Shown here: one piece after another, positions 10,477 through 19,826 of the stretch
How positions within the stretch are numbered: the stretch's first letter is position 1
Layout of the letters: each line of letters opens with the position of its first letter
Assembly (NCBI GenBank): GCA_963788655.1
Contig: CAWBHS010000049.1
Coordinates: forward strand, 128,001 to 192,000
Length of the DNA: 64,000 nt
Source: an uncultured Verrucomicrobiae bacterium
Lineage (GTDB): Bacteria > Verrucomicrobiota > Verrucomicrobiia > Limisphaerales > JAFGQR01
Direction: 5' to 3'
Position numbers and translations under genes: made by a program
Notes under the pieces: generated by a model
What the model saw: only the letters and a program-made list of their open reading frames with translations
The model's database searches: none
Told to the model about the DNA's origin: nothing

Positions 10477-12120
10477 TCACCGGGCGCCGCGGTTGCCCGC
10501 AGCAGTCCCCTCCAGCCTTGGCCTCGCCATTGCGCCACCGTAGCGTTCGGCCACAATCAGGCGAAATTGGCGACGCAACTGGTCGCGGCCGTATTGGATA
10601 AAGATCAAGTTCTTCGCCACGCCCATCAGGGGCCAGAGCAAACCGAAACACAGGCCGGTCAGATGCGGCAAAACCAGCACCATGCCCAACGTCCGCACCA
10701 GCGCGCGGCTGGGTTTTCGCATGCTCAAGCCCAGCCACATTCCGAACACGCTGGTGGCATACAGATCCAGAACCATCACCAGCAGCACCACGGCCACGCC
10801 GAGGGCCGCCAATCCTCCGGCAGTCACGGATTCGCCGGCATATTCCCAACTGCTGATCTGTATGGCCAGCATCAGCAATTCCAGGAACAGCAACGTCGCC
10901 ACTGGCCAATAGAACAGGCGGCGCAATGATTCCAAGTGACCGTCCACAATCTCCCGTGCCGTCAACGGCGTGGACAAGAGCAACTCCAACATCCCGGAAT
11001 CGCGGGTGCCGGCAAACAGATAACAGGCCCGTCCGGCTGCCGCAACCGACAAGCTCAAGTGCAATCCCAAACCGCATTCGAACAGCACCGAGGCAAAATA
11101 ATCTTTACCGTAAAACACCACCGACCCGCCCAAGCCCGCCAGGCCGGCCAGCGCTACTACCGTCCACACTTGGTAACGCTTGGCCTCGGAGCGTTCCGCC
11201 AGCCACACGATAGGGTTGGACGCAAGCAAGGCGCGCCACCGTTCCCGACGGCGTTGGTCAAATCTCGTCCGCGTCTGTCCCGCCAACCACGCCGGCCACC
11301 GGAATCGCTGGGGGAGCAAGGGCGCATCCTGCCAACAGCGTGGCAACAGCGTGATGGCCGCGAGGAGAAACAAACCGCTCAGGGTGCAAACCAGCGCAAG
11401 CGAATTCCAAAACCGATCCGGGTCGGGCCGGTAAGCCGGGTCAAAGCCCCCAAGGAAACTGGTCGTCGGGCTCAACAAGGCCAACTGGTGAAAGCTGGGT
11501 TGCCAGGCGCTCAACTCGGCGGACCAACGGAAGTTTGGCAGGTGCCCGAGCAACCACGGAATCAGCGGCAGCACCAAGCTGAAAGTGGCCAAGCAGGTAG
11601 CGGCGCCCCCCCAAGCTTTGCGCTCTTGCCGGCTGATCGCGGACATCATCAGGCCGAGGGTCAGCGAAAAGAAGAGGGCGTTTAGCAGCACCAACACTTG
11701 CCGCCAAAACTCGCCGGCTGCCACCCCGCCGAGCACCAGCGGAATCGCCAACGGAGGAAAAATGGCCATCAGCGCGTAAAAGCTGTTCAACGACGCGGCG
11801 CTGAATTTGCCCAGCACCACGTCGTATCCTTTCAAGTCGGTCAGGAAGAGCAGTCCCAACGTGCCGGCGCGCTTTTCTTCGCTAAGGCAGTCCGCCGTCT
11901 GCCGGAAGCCCTCCAGCAGACAGAACGCGAAGGCCAATCCCGTGAGCACGCGAAAGACACCGCCTCCCAGGCTCGCCGGAGTTGCCGTGTCTCCCACCAC
12001 GACCAGCAAGAATCCGACAATGCCAATCGCCCCCGCCGCGGCGCTCACGCGGAACCAATGCGTGCTCCGGCGCCGGGCGCGCACCCGCAACTCTCGCTCG
12101 ACGATGGGCAACAAAATCAT
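10477..12120 (-). CDS. ABC-2-type transporter permease-like protein (two permease repeats)
   Basis: PIVERELRVRARR, TADCLSEEKRAGTLGLLFLT..GK and a second repeat RDSGMLELLLSTPL, with many TM helices. Confidence 0.75.
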   Translation of the reverse strand: MILLPIVERELRVRARRRSTHWFRVSAAAGAIGIVGFLLVVVGDTATPASLGGGVFRVLTGLAFAFCLLEGFRQTADCLSEEKRAGTLGLLFLTDLKGYDVVLGKFSAASLNSFYALMAIFPPLAIPLVLGGVAAGEFWRQVLVLLNALFFSLTLGLMMSAISRQERKAWGGAATCLATFSLVLPLIPWLLGHLPNFRWSAELSAWQPSFHQLALLSPTTSFLGGFDPAYRPDPDRFWNSLALVCTLSGLFLLAAITLLPRCWQDAPLLPQRFRWPAWLAGQTRTRFDQRRRERWRALLASNPIVWLAERSEAKRYQVWTVVALAGLAGLGGSVVFYGKDYFASVLFECGLGLHLSLSVAAAGRACYLFAGTRDSGMLELLLSTPLTAREIVDGHLESLRRLFYWPVATLLFLELLMLAIQISSWEYAGESVTAGGLAALGVAVVLLVMVLDLYATSVFGMWLGLSMRKPSRALVRTLGMVLVLPHLTGLCFGLLWPLMGVAKNLIFIQYGRDQLRRQFRLIVAERYGGAMARPRLEGTAAGNRGAR

Positions 12121-12406
12121 AGTCGTTCCCGGCGATCACCGGTCCGAGGGCCGGAGTTACTCCAGTGAAGGCAACAACACATCCGCCCCATTTTCCAGAA
12201 CCAGTGACGCGACGGCGATCAAAAAACGTCCGTCCCATGGCAAAGCCAGTACTGCTCGGAAGTCCTTCCGAATGTCGAGAAGCCAAGAAGACCGGCGCTC
12301 CTCGGTTGCGAATTGGGCGAACCAACCGACGACTTGGGGATGCTTTGCCCGTCGATGTCGTTCGTTTTTTGCTTAATTCTTCGAAGAGTTGTTCTATCGT
12401 CGCGCC

Positions 12407-14443
12407 ATGAACTCCAAATTGAATGGCATGGTTCGGTGGTCACTTCCATTGGCTCTCCTCCTGATTTCATTTCTTCCCGCCGGTCGCGCCGCCGGGCTTC
12501 CGGAATCGGATCAGCGCGCCAAGTCGGTCAAGACCCTCAACACGTTGCGCGCGTTTCCGGCCATCAAGTCCCAGGAGGAATGGCAGAAGCGCGCCAAAGA
12601 CATTCGCACCCACATCCTTGTCTCGTGCGGACTTTGGCCCCTGCCGGAGAAGACTCCATTGCAAGCGCACATTTTCGGCAAGATTGACCGGGACGGTTAC
12701 AGCGTCGAGAAAGTCTATTTCCAAACCTATCCCGGTTTTTATCTGGCCGGGAATCTATATCGCCCACTGGGGAAGGGCCAGGGACCGTTTCCCGGAATCC
12801 TCAATCCGCACGGGCATTGGGGCAAAGGCCGTCTCGAAGATACCGAACGCGGCAGCATTCCGGCGCGGTGCATCACCTTCGCCCGCCTGGGCATGGTGGC
12901 GTTTTCCTACGACATGGTCGGTTACAACGACACCGCTCAGGTAAACCACAAATTTGCCAATGACCCGACGAACCTGCTGTGGAACATCAGCCTCATGGGC
13001 CTGCAAACCTGGAATAGCATCCGGGCGTTGGACTTTCTGGAATTGTTGCCCGACGTGGACCGGGCCCGGTTGGCCTGCACCGGCGCGTCCGGCGGCGGCA
13101 CACAGACGTTTATGTTGGGGGCTATTGAAGATCGTCTCGCGGCGCAGGCGCCGAACGTGATGGTTTCGCATTCCATGCAAGGCGGCTGTCTCTGCGAAAA
13201 CGCACCCGGCTTGCGCGTAGATTATTCGAACATGGAGATTGCCGCCGTGCCGGCGCCGCGTCCGCAAATCCTGGTGGCCGCCGCGACGGACTGGACCAAA
13301 ACCATGATGACCATCGAGGGGCCCGCTGTGCAGAGTGTTTACCGGTTGTTTGGCGCACCGGATCATTTGCGGTTTGTGCGGTTTGAGTTTGATCACAATT
13401 ATAACCAGACCAGCCGGGAAGCGGTTTACCAGTGGTTCGCCAAATGGTTGCTGCACCATCCCGATGCAGCCTCGCTCAAGGAACCGGCTTACCAAAAGGA
13501 ACCGGACGACGCTCTGCGCGTCTGGCCGGATGGCAAACGGCCTGCGGATGCGCTCAACGAGCGGCAACTGACGCAATCTCTCGTCGAACGAGCGCAGCAG
13601 CAATGGCGGGCGCTGCAACCCAAGGATGAAGCTTCGCTGGCGCACTTCAAAACGATGTTGCGCCCAGCCTGGCAGCATTCGTTGCAACTGGAGTTTCCCG
13701 TGAACGAGTTGCTCGCGGAAGCTGGACGCGAAACCAAGGCACCGAATTGTTCCGTGCGCCGGATTTCCATCGGGCGTCCCGGCAAGGGTGATCGTTTGCC
13801 CGTGATTGAATTGACGCCGCCGGAAGGAGGCGAACGGACGTTGGTCGTCCTGGCCCACCCGGAGGGGCACACCGCCTTTTACGATGATGATCACGGAGCA
13901 AAAGGCCTCGCCGCGGCACTGCTTCAGCAACGGAAAACGGTGTTGCTGGTGGACACGTTTTTGACGGGGGATCTGGCCGATGCAAAAGCCTCGCAGTCGC
14001 GTAACGAATTACAGAACTTTTTCTGCACCTACAATCGCACGGATTTGCAGGAGCGCGTGCAGGACTTGATCACAGTTTGTACGTACGCCCGGCGTTCGGG
14101 GCGCGTGGTTTTGTGCGGCAGCGGCCGGGCTGGACTTTGGGCGTTGTTGGCCGCGCCAGCCGCCGATGCTGTGGTGGCGGATGCTGCCGGCGTGGATGCA
14201 AATGACGATGCCACGTTGCTGGGGCAGGATTTGTTCGCGCCGGGTTTGCGTCGAATTGGAACCTTCGCCGGCGGCCCCAGTCTGGCGGCACCACATCCGC
14301 TGCTTTTGCACAATACCGGACAAGATTTTGGCGAGCGCGAGTTGGCCGGAGTCTATGCCGCCGCCGGCCACCCGGAGCACTTCCGGGCCGAACGCGGGGC
14401 GCTTTCTCCTCAGGAAATATCCCAATGGATTGCCAAGTTCTGA
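12407..14443 (+). CDS. Secreted alpha/beta-hydrolase (acetylxylan esterase-like), two-domain
   Basis: Signal peptide, YSVEKVYFQ, NPHGH, GASGGG nucleophile elbow and HNYN; degenerate second hydrolase-like domain. Confidence 0.75.
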   Translation: MNSKLNGMVRWSLPLALLLISFLPAGRAAGLPESDQRAKSVKTLNTLRAFPAIKSQEEWQKRAKDIRTHILVSCGLWPLPEKTPLQAHIFGKIDRDGYSVEKVYFQTYPGFYLAGNLYRPLGKGQGPFPGILNPHGHWGKGRLEDTERGSIPARCITFARLGMVAFSYDMVGYNDTAQVNHKFANDPTNLLWNISLMGLQTWNSIRALDFLELLPDVDRARLACTGASGGGTQTFMLGAIEDRLAAQAPNVMVSHSMQGGCLCENAPGLRVDYSNMEIAAVPAPRPQILVAAATDWTKTMMTIEGPAVQSVYRLFGAPDHLRFVRFEFDHNYNQTSREAVYQWFAKWLLHHPDAASLKEPAYQKEPDDALRVWPDGKRPADALNERQLTQSLVERAQQQWRALQPKDEASLAHFKTMLRPAWQHSLQLEFPVNELLAEAGRETKAPNCSVRRISIGRPGKGDRLPVIELTPPEGGERTLVVLAHPEGHTAFYDDDHGAKGLAAALLQQRKTVLLVDTFLTGDLADAKASQSRNELQNFFCTYNRTDLQERVQDLITVCTYARRSGRVVLCGSGRAGLWALLAAPAADAVVADAAGVDANDDATLLGQDLFAPGLRRIGTFAGGPSLAAPHPLLLHNTGQDFGERELAGVYAAAGHPEHFRAERGALSPQEISQWIAKF

Positions 14444-14550
14444 ATCCTCGCGAATTCAGGTGAATATCAGCTTGATCGCTTCAGCCCGCGTTGATTGTTG
14501 CGGGCAGATTTTGCGAGGCCAGAATTGAGCCAGGCCCGAATTCAAATCGC

Positions 14551-17118
14551 CTATTCCTCCGGTTCGCAGGCTACGGGCACCAGACGGTAGAACCGTTGCG
14601 GTAATGCGGGCGGATCGGGATCAACGTACTGCGCCATGCCTTCGTCCACCGGCAAGGTGCAAAGCGGCGTCCAGACCTTGAAGTCCTGCGTGGACTCGAC
14701 GCGGAAACAATGATTCGGATCCATTGGCACGCAGACATTGAACCGGCCGTCTGGCAGGCGAGTACACGGTGGACGCAGGTGATCGTTGTCCACAATAATC
14801 GCCGCCGCGCGGTGCGGTTGGCCGAGGACATATCCGGGCACTGCGGCGTCGTTTTCCAACAGCGTCACAACGACCGTCTCCACCGGTTCGGGCCGGTTGT
14901 CGTCGATTGGCTTGATGATGATCCGCGCACTGCGCTGGCCCGCCGGAATCGTCAACGGACTCGTGATGGCGGCATAGTCCACGCCGTTCGACGCCGTGCC
15001 GCCGAGGGTGAAGAGGATGTCCAGGGGATCGTTCGTCGCCCCAGCGCGGCGCACGACGAACGTGGCAGTGTTCAGGTCAGCGCTGCTGCTGGCACCTTCG
15101 CGGGCGAACGGATCGGTGGCGACAATGGTTACGACCGGCAGCATTGGCGGCGTGCGGTCATGAATGACCACCTCGGCCACGGCGAGCACGGGATCGACGC
15201 GATACCGTTCGATCGGTCCCACTGAGGGATCAGGCTGCAACGCGGCGACCACGGTTTCGTCGCCTTCCATCGCTTCATCGAACAGAGCGGTGACGAGCAA
15301 CTCCACCGATTCCTGGCCTGCGGGAATCTCCACCCAGTCGGGCAGTGGCGGGTAGTCCAGTCGCGGTACGGCGGAACCTCCATGTTGGAGCAGGACCGTC
15401 AACGCGTTTGCCAGGTCACCGCCACGCCGGCTGACGACGAACACGCCAGGCGCCGGCTCGGGTGCGAGACAAGTGTTGGGCGGGCAGAGCGGCTCCTGCG
15501 TTTCCGGGTGGCTGGCGCGGATGCTTACGACCGGAACGGTCGCAACGTCGTTGTCGTGAATCACCACCACCGCGCGGCTGTTCTCGGGATCGATGTTGTA
15601 GGTGGGCAGAATGGCCAAGGGCGAATGCGTTATTTCGGCAATCACGGTTTCGTCGCCTTCGGCGAAATCATCCTCGAGCGGGCCAATGAAAACCTCCACG
15701 GTCGCCGCGCCGGCGGGAAATTCCACCACGGGCGGCGGTGCGGTGTAGTCGGCGCTGCTTGTGGCGGTGCCGCCGTAATGCATCCAGACCCGCAGCGCCT
15801 GAATGGCATCACCGGTGCGCCGCAGCGTGAACACACCGGGCTGGACGCGGGTCGTGGGCGAAGGCTCGGTGGTTTCCGGCACGGTCGCTTCAATCGAAAC
15901 AACCGGCAGCCCGGCGATTACCTGGAGGCGAACCGGAGCCGACGTGACCGCGTTGCCCGCGGTATCGAGCGCGCGAGTGGTGAGGTCATGAATTCCGACG
16001 GGCGCGTCGCGCCACTCGAATTCATGATAAATCGGAGTGCCCGGATCGGGGGCACGGAAAAAGTTAATCGTTGATTCCCCGATTTTCCAGTCGCCATCGA
16101 AGAAATCGACGTGCGTGATCGCACCCTCGAGGTCGATGGCCGTGGCGGCGATGTGGATCGGGCTGCCTTCGCTGAACACTTCCCCGTCGTTCGGCGCGGT
16201 GATTTCCAGACTGGCGGTGGTGATGCCGTCGTCGCGGATAAATACCCGCGCCGACGCGTGCGCCGGGTCGATGTTCACGGAGTAACACGGGATGCCCAGC
16301 GGCGGATCGGTGAGCGGCGGACACTCCGACAGCGTGGCCGCCACCGTTTCAATGGGTTCAGGCAGGTCGTCCACGTTAGGCACCACGTCGATCTCAACGC
16401 GGTTCGTCCCGGCGGGGATGGTTACCAGCCAGGGGAGGAACGGGTAATCCGCGCCCGGCGTCGCCGTGCCGCCATAGTGAACGAACACCGGCTGCCCCTG
16501 TTCGGTCGATCCGGTCCGACTGATGGTAAACCGTCCTCGCAACGCCAAGCGGCGATAGGGATAAGACGATTCCTCCGCGATGGGGCTGGTCGCCTCGATA
16601 CTCACGACCGGCTCGGGCGGTGCTTCGTTATCGTGAATGACGACCTGCGCCGCCGCTTGCGCCGGATCGACTTGATAACGTTCGATTGGCCCCATCGTCG
16701 GATCCGGCAGGACTTGCGCAACGACGGTTTCGTCTCCTTCGGACAGCCGATCGTAGGCTGCCTCAACCAGAAGTTCAACCGACGCCTCGCCTGCGGGAAA
16801 GGAGACGCCACTGGGCAGCGCGGGGTAATCCGTCCCGCTCGTTGCAGTGCCGGCGTAACTCATGCTCACGAACAACTCGCGCGCCAGGTCGCCACCGCTA
16901 CGGGTGACGACGAATACGCCCGGCGCGGGTAGGGCCGCGTCGCAGACGGCGGGATCACAAAAAGGCTCGCGAGTTTCGGCGACCGAGGCGCGAATGCTGA
17001 CGACCGGCACGGTGTCGCCGGTTGAATTCTGCGCCCGCAGTGGCGTAGTGAGAATACCCGGCGCCGCGACGACTAATAGCGCCGCGAGGCAACGAAAGTG
17101 CGACATTGGAGTTCTCAT
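14551..17118 (-). CDS. Secreted Calx-beta-like repeat / Ig-like surface protein with C-terminal RFYR domain
   Basis: Signal peptide and about five repeats of VVSI.A...F.V.R.G...GTA..G.DY...EGDETV; one Big/Ig-like domain (ITAPNDG...VDFFDG); ends in QRFYRLVP. Confidence 0.8.
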   Translation of the reverse strand: MRTPMSHFRCLAALLVVAAPGILTTPLRAQNSTGDTVPVVSIRASVAETREPFCDPAVCDAALPAPGVFVVTRSGGDLARELFVSMSYAGTATSGTDYPALPSGVSFPAGEASVELLVEAAYDRLSEGDETVVAQVLPDPTMGPIERYQVDPAQAAAQVVIHDNEAPPEPVVSIEATSPIAEESSYPYRRLALRGRFTISRTGSTEQGQPVFVHYGGTATPGADYPFLPWLVTIPAGTNRVEIDVVPNVDDLPEPIETVAATLSECPPLTDPPLGIPCYSVNIDPAHASARVFIRDDGITTASLEITAPNDGEVFSEGSPIHIAATAIDLEGAITHVDFFDGDWKIGESTINFFRAPDPGTPIYHEFEWRDAPVGIHDLTTRALDTAGNAVTSAPVRLQVIAGLPVVSIEATVPETTEPSPTTRVQPGVFTLRRTGDAIQALRVWMHYGGTATSSADYTAPPPVVEFPAGAATVEVFIGPLEDDFAEGDETVIAEITHSPLAILPTYNIDPENSRAVVVIHDNDVATVPVVSIRASHPETQEPLCPPNTCLAPEPAPGVFVVSRRGGDLANALTVLLQHGGSAVPRLDYPPLPDWVEIPAGQESVELLVTALFDEAMEGDETVVAALQPDPSVGPIERYRVDPVLAVAEVVIHDRTPPMLPVVTIVATDPFAREGASSSADLNTATFVVRRAGATNDPLDILFTLGGTASNGVDYAAITSPLTIPAGQRSARIIIKPIDDNRPEPVETVVVTLLENDAAVPGYVLGQPHRAAAIIVDNDHLRPPCTRLPDGRFNVCVPMDPNHCFRVESTQDFKVWTPLCTLPVDEGMAQYVDPDPPALPQRFYRLVPVACEPEE

Positions 17119-17351
17119 AGCGTTCCTGGTTTGTTCAGTCCAACATTACTCAAACACGATGGGCGACTGGAAATTGCTTTTCCATCAGTTTCATTTCCCA
17201 CAATGTTCTACCCCTGCCGCCGGGTTGCAAGCGGCATTCTTCCGGTTTTGAGACGCTGTTGATTAGTGAATCAGGAGGTTTACGCGAAGGTGCCGATGGC
17301 CCAGGACGGCGACGCCGCAATACCCCCAGGTCGGACCAGGCCAGCTCTGCC

Positions 17352-19070
17352 CTACCGCGCTCGGCGGCGGGCAAACCATTGGCCCAACCAGCGACCCCAC
17401 GCACCCAAGGCGCCGGGTTTGCCCAGTGGTTGCGCGGCGACATGGCGAAATTCGCGTTGCAGATGTAGCCGCGCCCAGTAAAGCCAACCCAGGCTGTTCA
17501 CCAGGCCAATAACGCCCCATAAGCTCAACACTCCGCCCAGCGACAGTAACCAGCCCCGGCCGGTGAGCAACACCCAGACGATTTGCCCCGCAGCCTGCAC
17601 GACCAGGAAAATGAAGCCGGGGAAATACAGAACACTCTGGGCCACACTATGGCCGGCCTTCTTGGGATCACCGATGCTCACTCCATACCACAGTCCCAGC
17701 CAACCCATCGTCAGAATATCCAGGGCATAGAAAACCAGGCAGACCAGGAGAATTGGCAAAAAAATGTGACGCTGCTGGCGCACCCAGGCTGGCCCCCAAC
17801 CGGAAATAAATAACAGAATCATCGCCAGTTGCCATCCCAGTCCAAACAGCACGATGAAACCGTAATGCTTGCGGAGCGCGAGCCATTGTCCGCGAAAAAT
17901 GTCCACCAGCGGCAACGGCGTACTCAGCACCAGTTCCAACGTGCCGTCGCGCCGTTCCTCGGCCAGCGTGCGGGCCGCCTCGGCGGCGACAAGAAATTTA
18001 GGCGCGAAATACCAAACGCAAAACCCAGCCACCAGCATCGTCGCCAGCGCGGTTTCCCAACCTACGACGAACGCCAACCAGAGGGGGAGAGCGAGCGTCG
18101 CGCCCAGCAGCATCCAAAACTGATTCGCTTTGCGCCGGTCCCGGGCGGCGAGCCAGTAGAAGGCATTATTGGCCAGACAATGGCGGCGCCAGGCCAATCG
18201 TTGACCGGGATTACCAAAGCGCCATTGTCGCAACCGGTCGCGCCAAGTCAGGCGGTGGGCGGGTTCGGTTTCCCGCCACGAACGCGCCAACCGGTGGCCG
18301 GCAAACCCAATTCCGAGCCAACCTAAAGCATGGGTGAACAGGATCGATCCCCAAAATGAAGTAAGCAGCCAACTGGTGGCGCCGACGGCAATGCGGTTTT
18401 GGATCAAGTGTTCCCAGACGGCGGGTCCGGGAATCGGGCTGAGAAACAACAGCACGTCCCGCAGGAGACGCATTTGCCAGAGATTGCTGACCAGCACACT
18501 GGCGATCGGCAGTATCATGAACAGAATGGCCAGGACAATGGCGGCGACCGACTCACTGGCTCGGCGGTTGCGGAAGATGGCCGAGGTTGTTAGTCCGATG
18601 GAAAGCGAGAGGAACAACGCGTTGAGCACGGCGACCAGGACTTCGAACAATAGGATCGCCTCCAGACCGCCGAACAGGAGCAGAATGGCCACGATGGGAA
18701 AGACCGCCAGCAGGGCATAGAGGGCCGGGAGGGCGTAGGCAGCCAGTTTCCCCAGCACAATGTCATAGCCTTGCAAGTGGGTGAGAAACAGGAAGGGCAG
18801 GGTGCCGTTGCGCTTTTCCTCGCTCAGGCAATCGGTGGTCAACCGGGCACCGCCGACCATCGCATAAATGAAACCCACCACCATCAACAGAATGAACGCA
18901 CTGCGGACTTGTGAGGGATTCAAGTTCCCGTGCGACTGGAAGAACAGAATATTGGCGATCAGAATCAGCCCGAGAACGGCCGCCCGCAAACGTCCATAAT
19001 AGGTTTTTGACTGCCGGGATTGCACCCGCAGCTCGCGCCGCGCAATGGGTAACATGGTGATGGATCGCAT
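17352..19070 (-). CDS. ABC-2-type transporter permease-like protein (paralogue of 10477..12120)
   Basis: PIARRELRVQSR, TTDCLSEEKRNGTLPFLFLT..GK and EERRDGTLELVLSTPL. Confidence 0.75.
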   Translation of the reverse strand: MRSITMLPIARRELRVQSRQSKTYYGRLRAAVLGLILIANILFFQSHGNLNPSQVRSAFILLMVVGFIYAMVGGARLTTDCLSEEKRNGTLPFLFLTHLQGYDIVLGKLAAYALPALYALLAVFPIVAILLLFGGLEAILLFEVLVAVLNALFLSLSIGLTTSAIFRNRRASESVAAIVLAILFMILPIASVLVSNLWQMRLLRDVLLFLSPIPGPAVWEHLIQNRIAVGATSWLLTSFWGSILFTHALGWLGIGFAGHRLARSWRETEPAHRLTWRDRLRQWRFGNPGQRLAWRRHCLANNAFYWLAARDRRKANQFWMLLGATLALPLWLAFVVGWETALATMLVAGFCVWYFAPKFLVAAEAARTLAEERRDGTLELVLSTPLPLVDIFRGQWLALRKHYGFIVLFGLGWQLAMILLFISGWGPAWVRQQRHIFLPILLVCLVFYALDILTMGWLGLWYGVSIGDPKKAGHSVAQSVLYFPGFIFLVVQAAGQIVWVLLTGRGWLLSLGGVLSLWGVIGLVNSLGWLYWARLHLQREFRHVAAQPLGKPGALGAWGRWLGQWFARRRAR

Positions 19071-19136
19071 GTCCGTGCCGGGTCAGGTTAGGTCAAAAGG
19101 GTAGAAATACCCAGCCAGACATTCCAGATTGCAACC

Positions 19137-19826
19137 TCAAACCAACAGAACCGTCAGCTTCTTTGGTCCATGCGCGCCCAGGACCAGAATCCGCTCGATG
19201 TCGCCCGTGCGGCTGGGACCGGTGATGAAGGAGATCATGCTCGGGTAGTGGCCGCCGTATTTGGTCTTGAGCAACTGGTAGGCGTCGGGGAGGCCGGGGA
19301 CGAGTTGGTCACGCCGGGCCAGCACGACGTGATGCGGCGGCAGTACGGACAGCGCGCGGCCCCCGGCGCTGCGACTGGTGATCAGGACGCTGCCGGTCTG
19401 GGCCACCAGCGCGTCGCATGCGGTGATGCCGGCGTCGCATTGTTCGAGGGCGTTGACATCGTGATCCATGTCCGTGCGATAGACGGGAAGACCGAGTTTG
19501 TCGGCGACGAGGTCGGTTAATTCGGCGCGATGCGTGGCCACCTTTTTCCAGGCGTCAGCGTCGCGCAACTGTACCAGGCGAGCGAGGAGTTCGTCCGTAT
19601 TCTTGACCCGATAGAAATCGGTTTTTAGATCCACTGAGTTCGTCTGGAACAATTGCAGGTTGGCTTCGAATGTGTCCCCGGTTGGAGGCAGCACTTGGCG
19701 GAAGTCGGCGACCGAGGGCAGTTCCGGGGCAGCCGAAGGTTGCTGGTCATGGTGGACGCCAGGTTGGTGCGCCGGGGTGGCCAGGGCTTCGCGGATGCGG
19801 CCAAAAATATTTTCGCGTTCACTCAT
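19137..19826 (-). CDS. lutC: Lactate utilisation protein C (LUD domain)
   Basis: AQTGSV, GRALSVLP and ITGPSRTGDIERILVLGAHGP. Its start overlaps the lutB stop (ATGA). Confidence 0.9.
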   Translation of the reverse strand: MSERENIFGRIREALATPAHQPGVHHDQQPSAAPELPSVADFRQVLPPTGDTFEANLQLFQTNSVDLKTDFYRVKNTDELLARLVQLRDADAWKKVATHRAELTDLVADKLGLPVYRTDMDHDVNALEQCDAGITACDALVAQTGSVLITSRSAGGRALSVLPPHHVVLARRDQLVPGLPDAYQLLKTKYGGHYPSMISFITGPSRTGDIERILVLGAHGPKKLTVLLV

